A stretch of DNA of 64,000 bases from Candidatus Marinacidobacterales bacterium (GTDB lineage Bacteria; Acidobacteriota; Vicinamibacteria; Marinacidobacterales; DATDRI01). The translations under genes and the position numbers were made by a program. Positions 8,566 through 20,909 of the stretch are shown here, in pieces. Under the pieces are notes generated by a model, which was not told the DNA's origin, did no database searches, and saw only the letters and a program-made list of their open reading frames with translations. Numbering within the stretch: the stretch's first letter is position 1; each line of letters begins with the position of its first letter. The stretch spans positions 873,738 to 937,737 of the forward strand of contig CBDANW010000002.1 in the NCBI GenBank assembly GCA_965197825.1. Reading direction: 5' to 3'.

Positions 8566-11241
8566 ATGGCCATCTCGACCCACAGTCGTCTCGGCACCTA
8601 CGAGGTCATTTCCCCTCTCGGCTCAGGTGGCATGGGGGAAGTCTATCGAGCGATGGACACGAACCTACGCCGGGATGTCGCCATCAAAGTCCTACCCGAC
8701 GAGCTCGCGCAGGATCCAGAACGCGTCGCGCGCTTCGAGCGCGAGGCACAGATTCTGGCTTCGCTGAACCATCCGAATATCGCCGGCATCTACGGTCTCG
8801 AAAGATCCGGCGGCCTCACCTACTTGGTCATGGAACTGGTCCCCGGTGAAACTCTGGGAGAGCGCTTGGCAGCCGGCCAGCTGGACGTCGATTTGTCTCT
8901 GAAAATCTTCCACCAGATCGCGCAGGCGTTGGAAGCCGCCCACGGCAAAGGGATCATCCACCGCGATCTCAAACCGGAGAACATCAAGATTACGCCGGAA
9001 CAGAGAGTCAAAGTCTTGGACTTCGGCGTCGCCAAAGCCTTCGCCGCCACCGAGGCAACCCCTGCCTCCAAAACCGCCACGGACGCGTTCAAGGCAACGA
9101 GTCGCGGCATCGTCATGGGCACGCCCGCATATATGAGCCCCGAGCAGGTTCGGGGGCAGCCGCTCGATCGACGAACCGACATCTGGTCCTTCGGTTGTTG
9201 TTTCTACGAAACGCTGACCAAACGGCACCCCTTCTATCGGGAGACCGCCTCGGACGTCCTGGCCGCCATCCTGGGGAGCGAGCCCGATTGGAACGCTATT
9301 CCTCGCACGACGCCCTCACGCGTCCGAACTCTCGTTCGACGGTGCCTAACCAAGGAAGGCGAGCAGCGACTCCACGACATCGCCGACGCACGCATCGACT
9401 TGGGCGAAGCCATCGCTCTGAAATCCGGCGCCTCGCCGCTCGGGGCCGCACTGCTCCCGGACAGATGGAGGCCGTTTTTGTGGGCCGTGGCGGTGGCGCT
9501 CGCCGCTTTCGCCCTCGGCATGCTGATCCGGGGCCTCGCACCACCCGCGCCGTCCGCCCCTCGAGCGGTGCAGCGTTTCGTCATGGGACTTCCACCCACG
9601 ATGCCCGTATCTCTTGGAGCTGGCCCAGGGTTGTCCTTGTCCCCGGACGGGACGGGGCTCGTCTACACCGTGCGACGCGGCGGCACATCTCAGCTCTACC
9701 TTCGCTCCTTGCAAGAGATCGAGCCCACGCCGATTCCTGGCACCGAAGACGGCACGGCGCCGTTTACTTCTCCGGATGGAGAGTGGTTGGGATTTTTCGC
9801 CGAGGGAAAACTCAAGGTCGGGCCGTTTTCCGGCGGCCGAGCCACAGCGATTGCCGACGGCCCGAGTCCCCGAGGTGCGAGTTGGGGACCGGACGGGAAG
9901 ATCGTATTTGCTTCACTAACGGTCGGCGGGTTGTCCACCGTGTCGACCACCGGGGGCTCGATCGAAACGCTGACCACGCTGGATCCAGAAAGAGACGAAA
10001 AAAGCCATCGCTGGCCAAGCTACCTTCCGGGTGGAAAGGCGCTCCTCTTTACCAGCTGGACGGGCGGCCACTACAACGTCGAAGTTCTTTCCCTAGACAG
10101 CGGGAATCGAAAGATGCTCGTCGAAGACGCCTCTTACGCCCGATACCTCGAGACGGGTCATCTGATCTTTGCCAGAGGCAACTCGTTGATGGCGGCTCCC
10201 TTCGATTCAGCCCGCCTCGAGGTGGGTGAGCCGGCGGTTGCGATCATCGAAAACGTCATGACCGATGCCCGAACGGGCGCGGCACTATTCACCCTCGTCG
10301 ACGAAGGATTGATCGTGTACGCACCCAGTACGGAGGACTCTCCCTCGCCCGGAGGGTCAGGGGCGCTGCTATCGGTGAACCGACAAGGTGTGGCCCGACC
10401 ACTCGCCCAGATCCAAAGAGCGCTACAACTCCCGCGCCTTTCCCCGGTGGACACGCGGCGAGTGCTGGTCACGGTCACCGAAGGCGATAGAACGGACGCG
10501 TGGGGCTACGAATTGGACCGCGAAGCGACGACGAGGCTTACCTTCGAGGCAAATAACGGCGCGGCGATATGGACGCCGGATGCCAGTCGCATCACATTCG
10601 GTTCCGATCGACTCGGACCGTTCAACCTTTTTTCGAAACCATCGGATGGCAGTGGAGTGGCGATGCGTCTGCTCGACAGTCCGCACCCACAGTTTCCGAC
10701 TTCGTGGTCTCCCGATGGGCAGGAACTTCTCTTGACCGAGATCCACCCTTCCACTGGTCTAAACGTCTTGCTCTTGGCCAAAGGAGCCACGGAACCCGAG
10801 CGTTTGCTGGCGTCGCCTTCCGATGAAAGCGGGGCTATCTTCTCTCCCAACGGCCGCTTCATCGCCTACGTTAGCAGTGAATCGGGCCAAAACGAGGTCT
10901 ACGTGCGGGAGCATCCCGACGGAGGGAAACATCTGATCTCTGCCGGCGGCGGTACCGAACCGGTCTGGTCTCGCAACGGGCGCGAGCTCTTCTATCGAAA
11001 CGGAGAGTGGTTGATGGCCGTCGGAATAGACAGCGAGCCACCCATCGTAGCAGGACGGCCGCAGCCCCTCTTCGAAGCCCCCTACGACGAGGCGGGCCCC
11101 ACTTATTCCAACTACGACACGACCCCCGACGGTCAGTTCATCATGGTTCGAAGCGGACGAGAGCGCGAGGCCTCGCGGTTGATCGTGATCACGAACTGGT
11201 TCGAAGAGGTCAAGCGACGCCTGCCCGCTTCCTTGGATTGA
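8566..11241 (+). CDS. Hanks-type Ser/Thr protein kinase with TM helix and C-terminal TolB/PD40 beta-propeller
   Basis: LGSGGMGEVY, VAIK, HRDLKPEN, LDFG, GTPAYMSPEQ, DIWSFG; repeated SPDG motifs. Start moved to ATG 8566. Confidence 0.95.
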   Translation: MAISTHSRLGTYEVISPLGSGGMGEVYRAMDTNLRRDVAIKVLPDELAQDPERVARFEREAQILASLNHPNIAGIYGLERSGGLTYLVMELVPGETLGERLAAGQLDVDLSLKIFHQIAQALEAAHGKGIIHRDLKPENIKITPEQRVKVLDFGVAKAFAATEATPASKTATDAFKATSRGIVMGTPAYMSPEQVRGQPLDRRTDIWSFGCCFYETLTKRHPFYRETASDVLAAILGSEPDWNAIPRTTPSRVRTLVRRCLTKEGEQRLHDIADARIDLGEAIALKSGASPLGAALLPDRWRPFLWAVAVALAAFALGMLIRGLAPPAPSAPRAVQRFVMGLPPTMPVSLGAGPGLSLSPDGTGLVYTVRRGGTSQLYLRSLQEIEPTPIPGTEDGTAPFTSPDGEWLGFFAEGKLKVGPFSGGRATAIADGPSPRGASWGPDGKIVFASLTVGGLSTVSTTGGSIETLTTLDPERDEKSHRWPSYLPGGKALLFTSWTGGHYNVEVLSLDSGNRKMLVEDASYARYLETGHLIFARGNSLMAAPFDSARLEVGEPAVAIIENVMTDARTGAALFTLVDEGLIVYAPSTEDSPSPGGSGALLSVNRQGVARPLAQIQRALQLPRLSPVDTRRVLVTVTEGDRTDAWGYELDREATTRLTFEANNGAAIWTPDASRITFGSDRLGPFNLFSKPSDGSGVAMRLLDSPHPQFPTSWSPDGQELLLTEIHPSTGLNVLLLAKGATEPERLLASPSDESGAIFSPNGRFIAYVSSESGQNEVYVREHPDGGKHLISAGGGTEPVWSRNGRELFYRNGEWLMAVGIDSEPPIVAGRPQPLFEAPYDEAGPTYSNYDTTPDGQFIMVRSGREREASRLIVITNWFEEVKRRLPASLD

Positions 11242-11278
11242 GCCCATCTCAACACCGTACTTCCACTTCTGAAACGTC

Positions 11279-12862
11279 ATGGACTCAGCCGTCATCATCG
11301 CCGTTCTGGCCGCTTACCTGATCGTCCTGCTGATCCTCGGCGCCTGGGGCAGCAAGGACTCGAGAAGCATCGCTGGCTACTACGTCGCCGGCAAACAACT
11401 TCCCTCCTGGGTGATCGCCTTCGGCTCCAATTCCACCGGGGAGAGCGCCTGGCTCTTGCTGGGTCTGACGGGTATGGGCTACCTGGTCGGGATTCACGCG
11501 ATTTGGATCGTGTTCGGCGAAGTCCTAGGCGTGGCGCTCGCGTGGACGATGGTGGCGATCCCCTTCAAGGAATATACCGACCGCTACGACTCTATCACCG
11601 TGCCCGACTACCTGGAGAGTCGTTTCCAAGATCAACGCCACGTCTTGCGGATCGTGAGCTTCGTCATCATCTTCAGTATGGTGACCGCCTATACCGCGGC
11701 ACAGCTCACCGCATCGGGAAAAGCCTTCAGCTCCTTCCTGGGAACCAGCTATACCGCGGGCGTGCTCATCGGAACCGTGGTCATCTTGTTTTACACCTCG
11801 GTGGGAGGCTTCAAGGCGGTTGCCTACAGCGACCTCCTGCAAGGCCTTCTGATGTTTGGCGGCCTCCTCGTCCTTCCTATCGTCGGCATCGTGGCGGTGG
11901 GTGGATGGGACGAGCTCACGTCTCGGCTGCAATCCACTGACCCCAATCTGCTCCTTCCTTTGGGAGAGCTCGGCCCCTCCATCGAAGGTTGGGTAAGTGC
12001 CCTCAGTTTCGTCGGCATTGGTCTCGCATTCCTCGGAGCACCACACCTTCTGACCCGCTTCATAGCGGCCAAAGATCGAGAGCAGATCGTCAAAGGAAGG
12101 CCGATCGCGATCGTGTGCATCATCGTCTTCGACACCGGCGCGGTTTTGAGCGGTATGGCGGGCCGGGTGCTCTTCCCCGGTCTGGCCGATCCAGAAACCA
12201 TCCTTCCCACCATGAGTGTGGAGCTCTTCCCGGCGTTTTTTACCGGCATCTTTCTCGTCATCGTCCTGGCGGCCATCATGTCCACCGCCGACTCCCTATT
12301 GCTACTCGCCTCCTCGGCTATCGTGAGAGACGTCATCCAAAAAACCCTGCGCCCTCAAATCTCCGAGGAACGTCTTTCCCTCTACGGGAAGCTCGCGACG
12401 GTCGTGATTGGCGGCGCGGCTCTCATCTTCGCCCTGGGCGAAGTGCGCGTGATCTTCTGGTCCGTTCTTTTCGCGTGGTCCGGCCTCGCCTCCGCATTCA
12501 CGCCGGTCGTTCTGTGTTCGCTATTCTGGAAGAGGACCACGTTTGCCGGCGCCCTCGCCGGCATGTTGGCCGGATTCGGGACCGCGATTCTCTGGGTCCT
12601 CTTTTTCAAGGAACGATTCTTCGATCTCTACGAGATGATCCCTGGTTTTCTGGCTGGTTTCCTCGTCACCATTGGGGTCAGCCTCCTCACCGCCCCCCGG
12701 AGTCAGCGGAAGATGAGTACGACGCCGTGTGGCGGGCGGTCCGCGATCGCTCCGGCGCTTCCCGCGCCTCCCGCGGTTGACGAGGAGTTGACGAGGACAA
12801 GCGTCCGTTATTGTGCGAGAATGCCCCTCTATCGGCCCGCGTACAAGGAGCCAGACCGTTGA
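11279..12862 (+). CDS. putP: Sodium/proline symporter (SSS family); extreme C-terminus probably frameshifted
   Basis: YYVAGK...STGESAWLLLGLTG, GGFKAVAYSD, LAAIMSTADS. Confidence 0.88.
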   Translation: MDSAVIIAVLAAYLIVLLILGAWGSKDSRSIAGYYVAGKQLPSWVIAFGSNSTGESAWLLLGLTGMGYLVGIHAIWIVFGEVLGVALAWTMVAIPFKEYTDRYDSITVPDYLESRFQDQRHVLRIVSFVIIFSMVTAYTAAQLTASGKAFSSFLGTSYTAGVLIGTVVILFYTSVGGFKAVAYSDLLQGLLMFGGLLVLPIVGIVAVGGWDELTSRLQSTDPNLLLPLGELGPSIEGWVSALSFVGIGLAFLGAPHLLTRFIAAKDREQIVKGRPIAIVCIIVFDTGAVLSGMAGRVLFPGLADPETILPTMSVELFPAFFTGIFLVIVLAAIMSTADSLLLLASSAIVRDVIQKTLRPQISEERLSLYGKLATVVIGGAALIFALGEVRVIFWSVLFAWSGLASAFTPVVLCSLFWKRTTFAGALAGMLAGFGTAILWVLFFKERFFDLYEMIPGFLAGFLVTIGVSLLTAPRSQRKMSTTPCGGRSAIAPALPAPPAVDEELTRTSVRYCARMPLYRPAYKEPDR

Positions 12863-13326
12863 CGACGATCTCGAAATCCATCGCTCTGTCGGCATTGTTG
12901 TTGATCTCGTCCCTGGCTTCCGCCCAGCAGAAGCATTCGGTCTACGTCGGTGCATCCGCAGATGATACCGAAAAGTCCAAAGCAAGGGAGTTGGCCGACT
13001 CCGCCGACGACCTTCGTGAGCAGATCGGCAAGCGTTCGAATCTCGTCCTGGTAGAGCATTCGGAAACAGCGGAAATCTTGATCACGGTTCTCGATCGCCG
13101 AATAGACGTGCGGTCGAGCGGTCAGACGAACTATGGCGGCGGGAATACGCAGAGCCACTATCAAAGCCGGTACATACTCAAGTACCGACTAGAAGCTGGT
13201 ACCTTTGTGCAGGATGGGGAGTACGTTCTAGCCGGCGCCTTCGTAACATGGAAACGAATGGCCTCGGGAGTCTCGAAAGATATCGCGAGCTGGGCAGAGG
13301 AGACTTTCGAGCAACGCGCTCCCTAG
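12859..13326 (+). CDS. Hypothetical secreted protein
   Basis: GGAG RBS before TTG 12859; signal peptide IALSALLLISSLASA; good coding composition. Confidence 0.65.
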   Translation: MTTISKSIALSALLLISSLASAQQKHSVYVGASADDTEKSKARELADSADDLREQIGKRSNLVLVEHSETAEILITVLDRRIDVRSSGQTNYGGGNTQSHYQSRYILKYRLEAGTFVQDGEYVLAGAFVTWKRMASGVSKDIASWAEETFEQRAP

Positions 13327-13359
13327 CAGCGAACGACGGGAAAGACGTGCGAACCTCTG

Positions 13360-14946
13360 TGCTCAGGACGCCCTTCTGGGTGATCTTCGCCGCCTGCACC
13401 GTCTCCGCACCCGCTGCAGCGCAGACCTACGACCTCCTTGTCCGTGGCGGCCGCGTCGTCGACGGCAGCGGCAGTCCCTGGTATCGCGCCGACGTGGGGA
13501 CCGTTGGCGATACCATCGTGGCCATCGGTCGCCACCTTGACGGATCGGCGAAGCGGGTTCTGGACGCCGGCGGCCGCATTGTTTCGCCCGGGTTCATCGA
13601 CATCCATACCCATGCTAATCGCGGGCTTTTCGACGTTCCAACCGCGGACAACTACGTGCGCCAGGGAGTGACCACGGTCTTCGCCGGACAGGACGGCGGC
13701 TCACCGGTACCTCTGCGCCCCTTTCTGGAGCAGGTCGCCTCCACTCCACTATCTCTCAACTTCGGGAGCTTCATCGGTCAGGGGGACGTGCGTCGCGCGG
13801 TGCTCGGCAATGTGGACCGGGCCGCGACCGCCGAGGAGATCAACCGTATGCAAGAGCTAGTGCGCCAGGGAATGCGCGACGGCGCCTTCGGGATGAGTAC
13901 CGGACTCTTCTACGTTCCCGGGGCGTTTGCCTCCACTGAGGAGTTGGTGGCCCTGGCCCATGCGGCGGGTGAGATGGGGGGCATCCACATCTCGCACATG
14001 CGCGACGAGGCTTCGAAGATTCTCGAGAGCGTCGAAGAGACCGTGCGCATCGGCGAAGAAGGTGGGCTTCCCACCCAGGTCACCCATCATAAGGTCATCG
14101 GACCTGCGTATTGGGGCGGGAGCGTCGACACCCTGCGGCTCGTCGATGAGGCGCGGGCGCGCGGGGTGGACGTAACCCTCGACCAGTATCCATACACCGC
14201 GTCCGCCACACGCATCCAGGCCGCCCTGTGGCCGAAGTGGGCGCAGGCGGGGGACCGGGAGGCCGTGCTGGCCCGGCTCCGGGAACCGGCGACGCGGGCA
14301 AGGATCCGCACCGAGTCCGCCCGCATCATTCGAGACGAGCGGGGTGGTGGCGACGCTTCCCGCGTCCAGATCTCCGCCTGCGACTGGGATCCTTCGCTGG
14401 CCGGCGAGACCCTTGCTGAAATCACCCGATCCCGCGGCCTCGAACCAAGTCTGGAAAACGCCGCCGACACCGTGATCTGGATCGTCGAGCAGGCGGATGT
14501 CGGGGAATCTTCCACGCCATCGGGGAAGAGGATCTGGTGCGGATCCTCCGCCACCCGGCCACGATGGTCGCCTCCGACGGCGGCATCCCGATCTTCGGCC
14601 AGGCGGTGCCCCATCCGCGAAGCTATGGAACGTTCGCCCGGATCCTCGGCCGCTACGTACGGGAACTGGAGGTGCTGCGCCTCAAGCAGGCGGTGCATAA
14701 AATGTCTGTCCTGCCAGCGCAACGGGTCGGTCTACTCGATCGGGGTCTACTCCGACCCGGAATGAAAGCCGACCTGGCGATCTTCGATCCAGCGACCGCG
14801 CGCGACACGGCGACCTACGAGACACCGCACAGCTCGCTGTGGGCTTCTCTCACGTGATCGTCAACGGAGAAATCGTCTTCGGGGAAGCGGCGATGACCAA
14901 GGCCAGGCCGGGCAAGGTTCTCTACGGTCCCGGTCACGCGCCCTGA
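13360..14946 (+). CDS. N-acyl-D-amino-acid deacylase (D-aminoacylase, amidohydrolase family), frameshifted near 14495 and 14835
   Basis: PGFIDIHTH, GMSTGLFYVPG, SHMRDE, DQYPYTAS, then MVASDG...PHPRSYGTFAR, GMKADLAIFDP, HVIVNG in shifted frames. Confidence 0.9.
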
Positions 14947-14996
14947 ACTCAAGGCGTTACGCCGGACGTCCATGATCCCGGCAGTCCGGCCGTCGC

Positions 14997-15212
14997 TCAC
15001 TCGTTCGTCTCCACAAAAGGAAGTTCGGAACCCGCTTCTCCTTCTTCCGACGACGACCGCCCGTCTGTAGCTTCTGGTTGCTCGGCCTCTCGCATCGCCT
15101 CCTCTCGTTGCGCCCGCAGGTCGCGAGTGACGTGTAGAAACCAAACTGCGAGGACCGCGGGCCCGAAGACAATCAGCATCGCCATTAGAAAGTTCCTTCG
15201 ACGTTTCCTCAT
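14997..15212 (-). CDS. Small single-pass membrane protein, hypothetical
   Basis: Basic N-terminus, one TM helix, acidic tail; GAGGGGG RBS. Confidence 0.55.
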   Translation of the reverse strand: MRKRRRNFLMAMLIVFGPAVLAVWFLHVTRDLRAQREEAMREAEQPEATDGRSSSEEGEAGSELPFVETNE

Positions 15213-15341
15213 CGCCCCCCCTCTTTACCGACCATTGGCGTTGCCCGCAGGATTATAGGATTTGGGGTGGGCAAATCCAACCTGGCGGGGCTTGGGGAAC
15301 AAGAGAAAGGTGGCGTAAACTTTCGGCCTCGAAGACGAACA

Positions 15342-15674
15342 ATGGCCCGGACACCGAGAAAATCGAGCGCCTGGGAAGAGGTTTACCAGATCGTGCGGCG
15401 CATTCCTCGTGGGAAGGTGATGAACTACGGGCAGATCGCGCAGCTGTTGGAGCGACCTCTTTCCGCCCGCGCGGTGGGGTGGGCCATGCGCCAATGCCCG
15501 AGCGGTTTACCCTGGCACCGTGTCGTGAACGCCGCGGGAGGATGTTCCACGGATCACCTCCACGATCATCCGGGGCTGCAACGCGCCCTATTGGAAGCGG
15601 AAGGCGTACGCTTCAACGAGCAGGCTACCATCAACCTCTCCCGCTACCGCTGGACGCCACCGACAAGCCAATAG
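15342..15674 (+). CDS. Alkyltransferase-like (ATL / YbaZ-type) DNA-damage base-flipping protein
   Basis: IPRGKVMNYGQIA...ARAVG...PWHRVVN, with Trp replacing the MGMT catalytic Cys. Confidence 0.88.
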   Translation: MARTPRKSSAWEEVYQIVRRIPRGKVMNYGQIAQLLERPLSARAVGWAMRQCPSGLPWHRVVNAAGGCSTDHLHDHPGLQRALLEAEGVRFNEQATINLSRYRWTPPTSQ

Positions 15675-15729
15675 ACCCCTGCCGGATGGCATGCTATAAG
15701 CCAGGCAGCCAGCTGCGAAGGAGGGAAGC

Positions 15730-18184
15730 ATGACCAACCGGCTTGTTCTCTTCGTACTTGCCTTTGGATCACTCCTGGCGACGACGACTTTCGCCCAAGA
15801 AACTGGCCGCATCACCGGCCGCGTCGCCCGCGATGACGGAAGCGGAGTCGGAGGCGTGACCGTGGTCGTCAACGAGATCTCGGCCGCTGACATTACCGAT
15901 CAGGCAGGAACCTTCACGTTCGATCGACTGCCGGCCGGCACTTACTCCATCACTTTCATTCTCGGAGAAAACGCAGACACAGAATCCGGCGTGGCGGTCG
16001 GCTCCGGCGCCACCGCGGTGATCGAAAAGGAGGTCGACTGGGAGATCGGATTCGTCGAGACACTGACCGTTACGTCGGCCTCATTGCAGAGAGAGCGTAT
16101 CGTGGAAGCGCACGCCGCGATTGCGGTCGTCGGCGAGCAGGAGATCAGCCGCAAGGCGGCGTTCGCTCAGATCCCCAAACTACTCGAGTTCACGCCGAGT
16201 GCACAAGTGACTCAGAGCGGACTCTACGATTACAACATCAATACACGTGGCTTCAACAGCTCTCTCAACCGGCGAGTGGCCACGCTCATCGACGGTCGTA
16301 ACCCTGCCGTCCCTTTTCTCGGAGCTCAGGAGTGGGCAGGATTCTCCTTCCCCGTCGACGATCTAGCTAGCGTCGAGCTCCTGCGAGGTCCGAGCGCCGC
16401 GCTCTACGGCGCTAACGCGTCGAGCGGCGTGCTCAACATGACGACCAAGGCCCCTCGCCAGTCGCCGGGCGGCCGAATCCGCTTCGTCGCCGGGGAGATC
16501 GACACCGTGAATCTCGATTTCCGCTGGGCCGGGGCGCTGGGCAACGAGTGGTACCTGAAAGCCGTGGCCGGCCTGCGGAGCACCGGCGACTACACCGTTT
16601 CGCGCACCTTCGACCCGAGCGATCCTCTTGGCTCCGTCGAGTATTCGGTTCCCTGCCCGCCCCTGGGACCCTTCGTGGATTGCCTGCCACTAGAAAGCGT
16701 GCCGCTCGATCCCGAGAACGACGACAAGGTCTACTTTGGCGGGGTTCGCGCCGACAAGCTATCTGTCGAACGGGAGCTTCTTCACTGTCGAGGGCGGAAT
16801 TGCGGACATCAGTGGACCGGTCTTCCAAACCGGATTAGGTCGCGTTCAGTTGCAGGAGGTGCAGAGACCGTGGGCACGATTCAATTTCACGGCTCCGCGC
16901 TGGAACTTCCTCGCCTATTACACGGGCCGGGACGCACCGAAGCAGCTGAACCTACGCCCCGGCAGCAATATCGCGCTCGATTCGCTCAACCTGCAGTTCG
17001 AAGGCCAAACCAACTGGACCTTCGCGGAAGACAAGGTGCGGCTGGTGGTGGGTGCTTCCTTCGGCCACGAGGACATCGATAGCGCCGACCCCGATAGCGG
17101 GCGGCAGACGGCCATGTTCGAGCCCGTGGACTCTAACCGCGGCGCTGTCTTTGCCCAAGCGGATTGGAGCATCACCGACAAGGTAAAGGTGATCCTCGCC
17201 GGCCGCTTCGACGATAGCACGCTGTACGATGCCCAGTTCTCTCCCAAGGCGGCTCTGGTTTACTCGGTCGATCCCAACAACACCCTGCGCTTCACGTTCA
17301 ATAGCGCCTTTCAGGTCGCGAACTATTCCGAGTTCTTCCTGCAGGCCGACCTGGCCCCGACGACGCTGGCCCTGAGCGGTCTGGAGGCCTTCTGTACGCC
17401 GTTCGGTGTCGATTGTGGATTCACGCAGCCTACCCGGATCCTGGCCTTAGGCAACGAGGGCCTGAAGGTCGAGGAGATCACGACTTGGGAGATCGGCTAC
17501 AGCGGGATCTTGCAGAAGAAGGCCTTTCTCACCATCGACTATTACAACAGCGATGCCAACAATTTCATCACCGACCTCTTGCCTCAGATCGGGAGCTTCC
17601 CCGGGCGGCCGACCAACCCCAACTTTGGCCCCTGGCAGGGGCCGGAGGGATTGCCGCCGCCGGTGGAGACTCTCATCCGTGCTAACGCCCCGCCGCAACT
17701 CTCCAACAATCTCGATGGATCCAACATCCTCGCCCAGCTCTCCTACACCAACTCCGGCCAGGTGGACACCCAGGGCATCGACATCGGCTTGAACTATTAC
17801 TTCTTGGACCCGTGGAAGCTCGCGTTCTCTTACTCCTGGTTCGATTTCCAACCACAGGAGAACGTTCCCCCCGGCTTCGCTCCGCTCCTGGAACCCAATA
17901 GCCCCGAGAACACGTTCCAGCTCGGATTGGCTTACCTCGCGGAACGCTGGGGCGTCGACTTCGCCGTGCGGTGGGTGGACGATTTTCGTTGGTCGGTGGG
18001 CATCTTCCAAGGAGACGTGATGTCCTACACCACCGTGGATCTCAACGCCAACTTCTCGATTGTCGAGAACTGGAGGATCGGGGCCAACATCGCCAACCTG
18101 TTCAATAGTGAGCACTATGAGGCGTTCAGAGGCGATATCCTTAGACGACGGGCGCTCGGCTATATCGCCTTCGACTGGCAGTAG
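15730..18184 (+). CDS. TonB-dependent receptor with N-terminal carboxypeptidase-regulatory-like domain; frameshift near 16757
   Basis: Signal peptide; plug motifs INTRGFN, LIDGR, VELLRGPSAALYGANASSGVLN; barrel strands; aromatic C-terminus. Confidence 0.9.
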
Positions 18185-18209
18185 AGAAGAGACGGCCTGA
18201 CATCACTTC

Positions 18210-18929
18210 ATGGAGGACGAAAGTCTTTACTTTCGCCAGCTGCTTGCCGGCCGTGACTTCGCTCAGGCCAACCCGGTCGCGGCACAAATGGTCAACTTCT
18301 GCTATTTCATCGGGGATCGTGCGTCGCGAAAGGCAGTGGTCGTGGACCCCGCCTGGGATGTCCAGAGCCTGGTACAGATCGCCGACGACGACGACATGAC
18401 GCTCGTCGGCGCGCTGGCCACCCACTATCACCCCGATCATATCGGCGGCGATCTCTCCGGTCATGACGTCGAGGGATTGGCTCGACTGCTCGAATTGAAG
18501 GGCGTCAAGGTGCACGCACAAAAACAGGAAGCCGAGGGCGTGCGGCTCATGACCGGCCTCTCCGACTCCGACTTGGTTCTCCACGAGGGAGGCGATCGGC
18601 TTAGCCTGGGTGAAGTCGACATCGAGTTCGTTCACACGCCGGGACATACGCCGGGCAGTCAATGTTTCTTGGTGCGAAATCGCCTCGTCTCGGGCGACAC
18701 GCTATTCGTAAAGGGTTGTGGGCGCGTGGACCTTCCCGGCGGCGATCCGGAGGAGATGTACCGCAGTCTGACCGAACGGCTTGCGAAGCTCCCCGACGAC
18801 GTCGTCTTGTACCCGGGACACGACTACGCCGATCGGCCGACCTCGACCCTTAGGGAAGAACGCCGGAGTAACCATTACCTTCGGGTTTCCACGCTAGAAG
18901 ACTGGCTCCACCTCATGGGTCGCGCATGA
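18210..18929 (+). CDS. MBL-fold metallo-hydrolase (glyoxalase II-like)
   Basis: THYHPDHIGG, HTPGHTPG, SGDTLF...GCGR, YPGHDY. Confidence 0.92.
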   Translation: MEDESLYFRQLLAGRDFAQANPVAAQMVNFCYFIGDRASRKAVVVDPAWDVQSLVQIADDDDMTLVGALATHYHPDHIGGDLSGHDVEGLARLLELKGVKVHAQKQEAEGVRLMTGLSDSDLVLHEGGDRLSLGEVDIEFVHTPGHTPGSQCFLVRNRLVSGDTLFVKGCGRVDLPGGDPEEMYRSLTERLAKLPDDVVLYPGHDYADRPTSTLREERRSNHYLRVSTLEDWLHLMGRA

Positions 18930-18948
18930 GACCGCGCTTCACCTTGCC

Positions 18949-20909
18949 CTACCTACACCGGTACTCGGACTCGTAGCTGAGTTCCACCTCGCGGTTCTGA
19001 TCGATCACAAGATCTCCCCCCAGCAGTCGCACCCGTTCTCCCATGCTCACGAGCCCGAGGCCGCCGTTCTTTCTCTCTGCCTCATCCGTATCAAACCCTC
19101 GGCCGGAATCCACAATGGAGAGCTCGATCCCCTCCCCGGTTCCGACCAGCGCCACCCGGACCTCCCGAGCACCCGAATGCCGGGCGACGTTGCGGAGCCC
19201 CTCCTGAGCGACGCGATACACGCACAAAGCCACATCCGGGGGGATGGAACCTGGAACGTCGACGATGGTGAGCCTGGCCTTGATCTGCTCCTGCTCTCCG
19301 AACTCGGGACAGAAAGATTTCAAGGCGGTGACCAACCCCAAGTACTCCAGTGTCGAAGGATGGAGCTCATAGGACATGTCACGGGCGTCGTCGATGACCC
19401 CAGCCGTCCGACCTTGAAGGACCGTCAGTCGTTCGCGGATAAGCTCCGGATCCTTGGGAAGGCGGCCCCGGAGCTTGCCTATCTCGAATGACAAGGCCGC
19501 CAGCTGCTGGTTCAGACCATCGTGGATCTCTCGGGAGAGCCGGCGACGCTCCTCCTCCTGGGCAACGATGAGCTTCCCGGCGAGATCTTGAGTCTTTTCA
19601 TGACTCTTCCGCAGGGCAGCCTCACTCGCCCGCAAAGCCTCCTCCGCATGCTTGCGGGCAGTGATGTCCTGGACCACCGAGCTCAGGAATTGCACGGTGC
19701 CGTCCTCCCCTTTCAAAGGGAAGTAGCTAGATAGCGCCGTGCCGCTCCACACCTCCGTGGTGCCATGGATCTCGACATCCAAGACCGGCTCGCCGGTCTC
19801 GAAGACGCGCTGGTGGATCGGATCGACCTTCTCCGCAATCTTCGGTACGATGTCGCGGAGCCGCCGACCGATGTGCTCCGAGACCGGCTTGCCGTTGATC
19901 GCGGCTAGGCGTTCATTGGCACGAACAAGGCGTCGCTCTCGATCGATAAGGTAGAGACCGACCGGTGCCGTCTGGTATAGGTGCTCCAGCTCGGCAAACT
20001 GTTCGCGAAGCTTCTTCTCGCCCTCCAGCAACGCTTCTTGGATCCTCTGGCGCTCGGTGGTCACCGCACCCAAGGCGAGGCCAGTAATGAGGACCGCAGC
20101 CAGGAACGCCTGCAGAAGTACGAGGCTGAGCAACAACGACTCCCGGGCAAAAGGACCATAGCCGTACGCGGTTCCCACGATCGCCTGAATCGACACGACC
20201 TGAGCCGCGCTCACGGCACCCCGTTGGCCGAACCGAAGGGCGGCCCAGATCACGAAAGGAAAGGGGAGGTAGGGAAGGGACAGATTCAATACCGGAGAGG
20301 CGATGAATCCTCCGAAGGCCACCTCACCGGCGAGCAGCAGCGAGGAGGACAGGGCGGCGAACTCGATCGCCCCGGGGAGGTCCACTCTGATTCGAACCGG
20401 CTGCGCCCATACCAAATGAACGGAGCGGTGAGCAGCACTCCCATCGTGTCTCCGACCCACCACACCAACCACAGATCGAAGAAGGCCTCCCAGGCGGCGA
20501 AGTTACCAAGGCACAGGCTCGCCACCCCCATCGTGGCCCCCACCACCGAGCCTAACATCGCCCCGAAAAACACTAATCCCAGAACGTCCTGCAGCCGATC
20601 TAGCGACCGCCCGAAGCCCGCCAAGCGGCGCATCAGATAGACAGCTAGTCCCGCCTCGAGCGTCTTCCCGACCGCCACTCCGAGTCCAACCCACAAAGAA
20701 GTGTCCGGGGCGGTCGCCCAAAACGCCCCCAGAGCGATTCCCGGCCAGAGTCGATAGCCGAACAGCAGCAGCCCGACTAGCGCCACTCCGGTAGCGGGAA
20801 AGAGCGGGGAGACGTTGCTGCTCACCATCGTGACCCGCAGCCCGAGCCAGGCAGCGGCATAGTAGGCGAGCGCGAGGACCGCTATCATCGCCAGGTAACG
20901 CCATCTCAC
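18949..20909 (-). CDS. MASE1-PAS-HisKA_3 sensor histidine kinase, frameshifted near 20400 and near the 3' end
   Basis: MASE1 (FPATGVA...WWVGDTMG), PAS, EEERRRLSREIHD, QEGLRNVARHS, DSGRGF, GLGLVSMGER. Confidence 0.88.

Noticed and set aside
15342..15674. Inactivated O6-methylguanine methyltransferase
   Set aside because: PWHRV is the normal signature of the known ATL family, so it is not a lesion.
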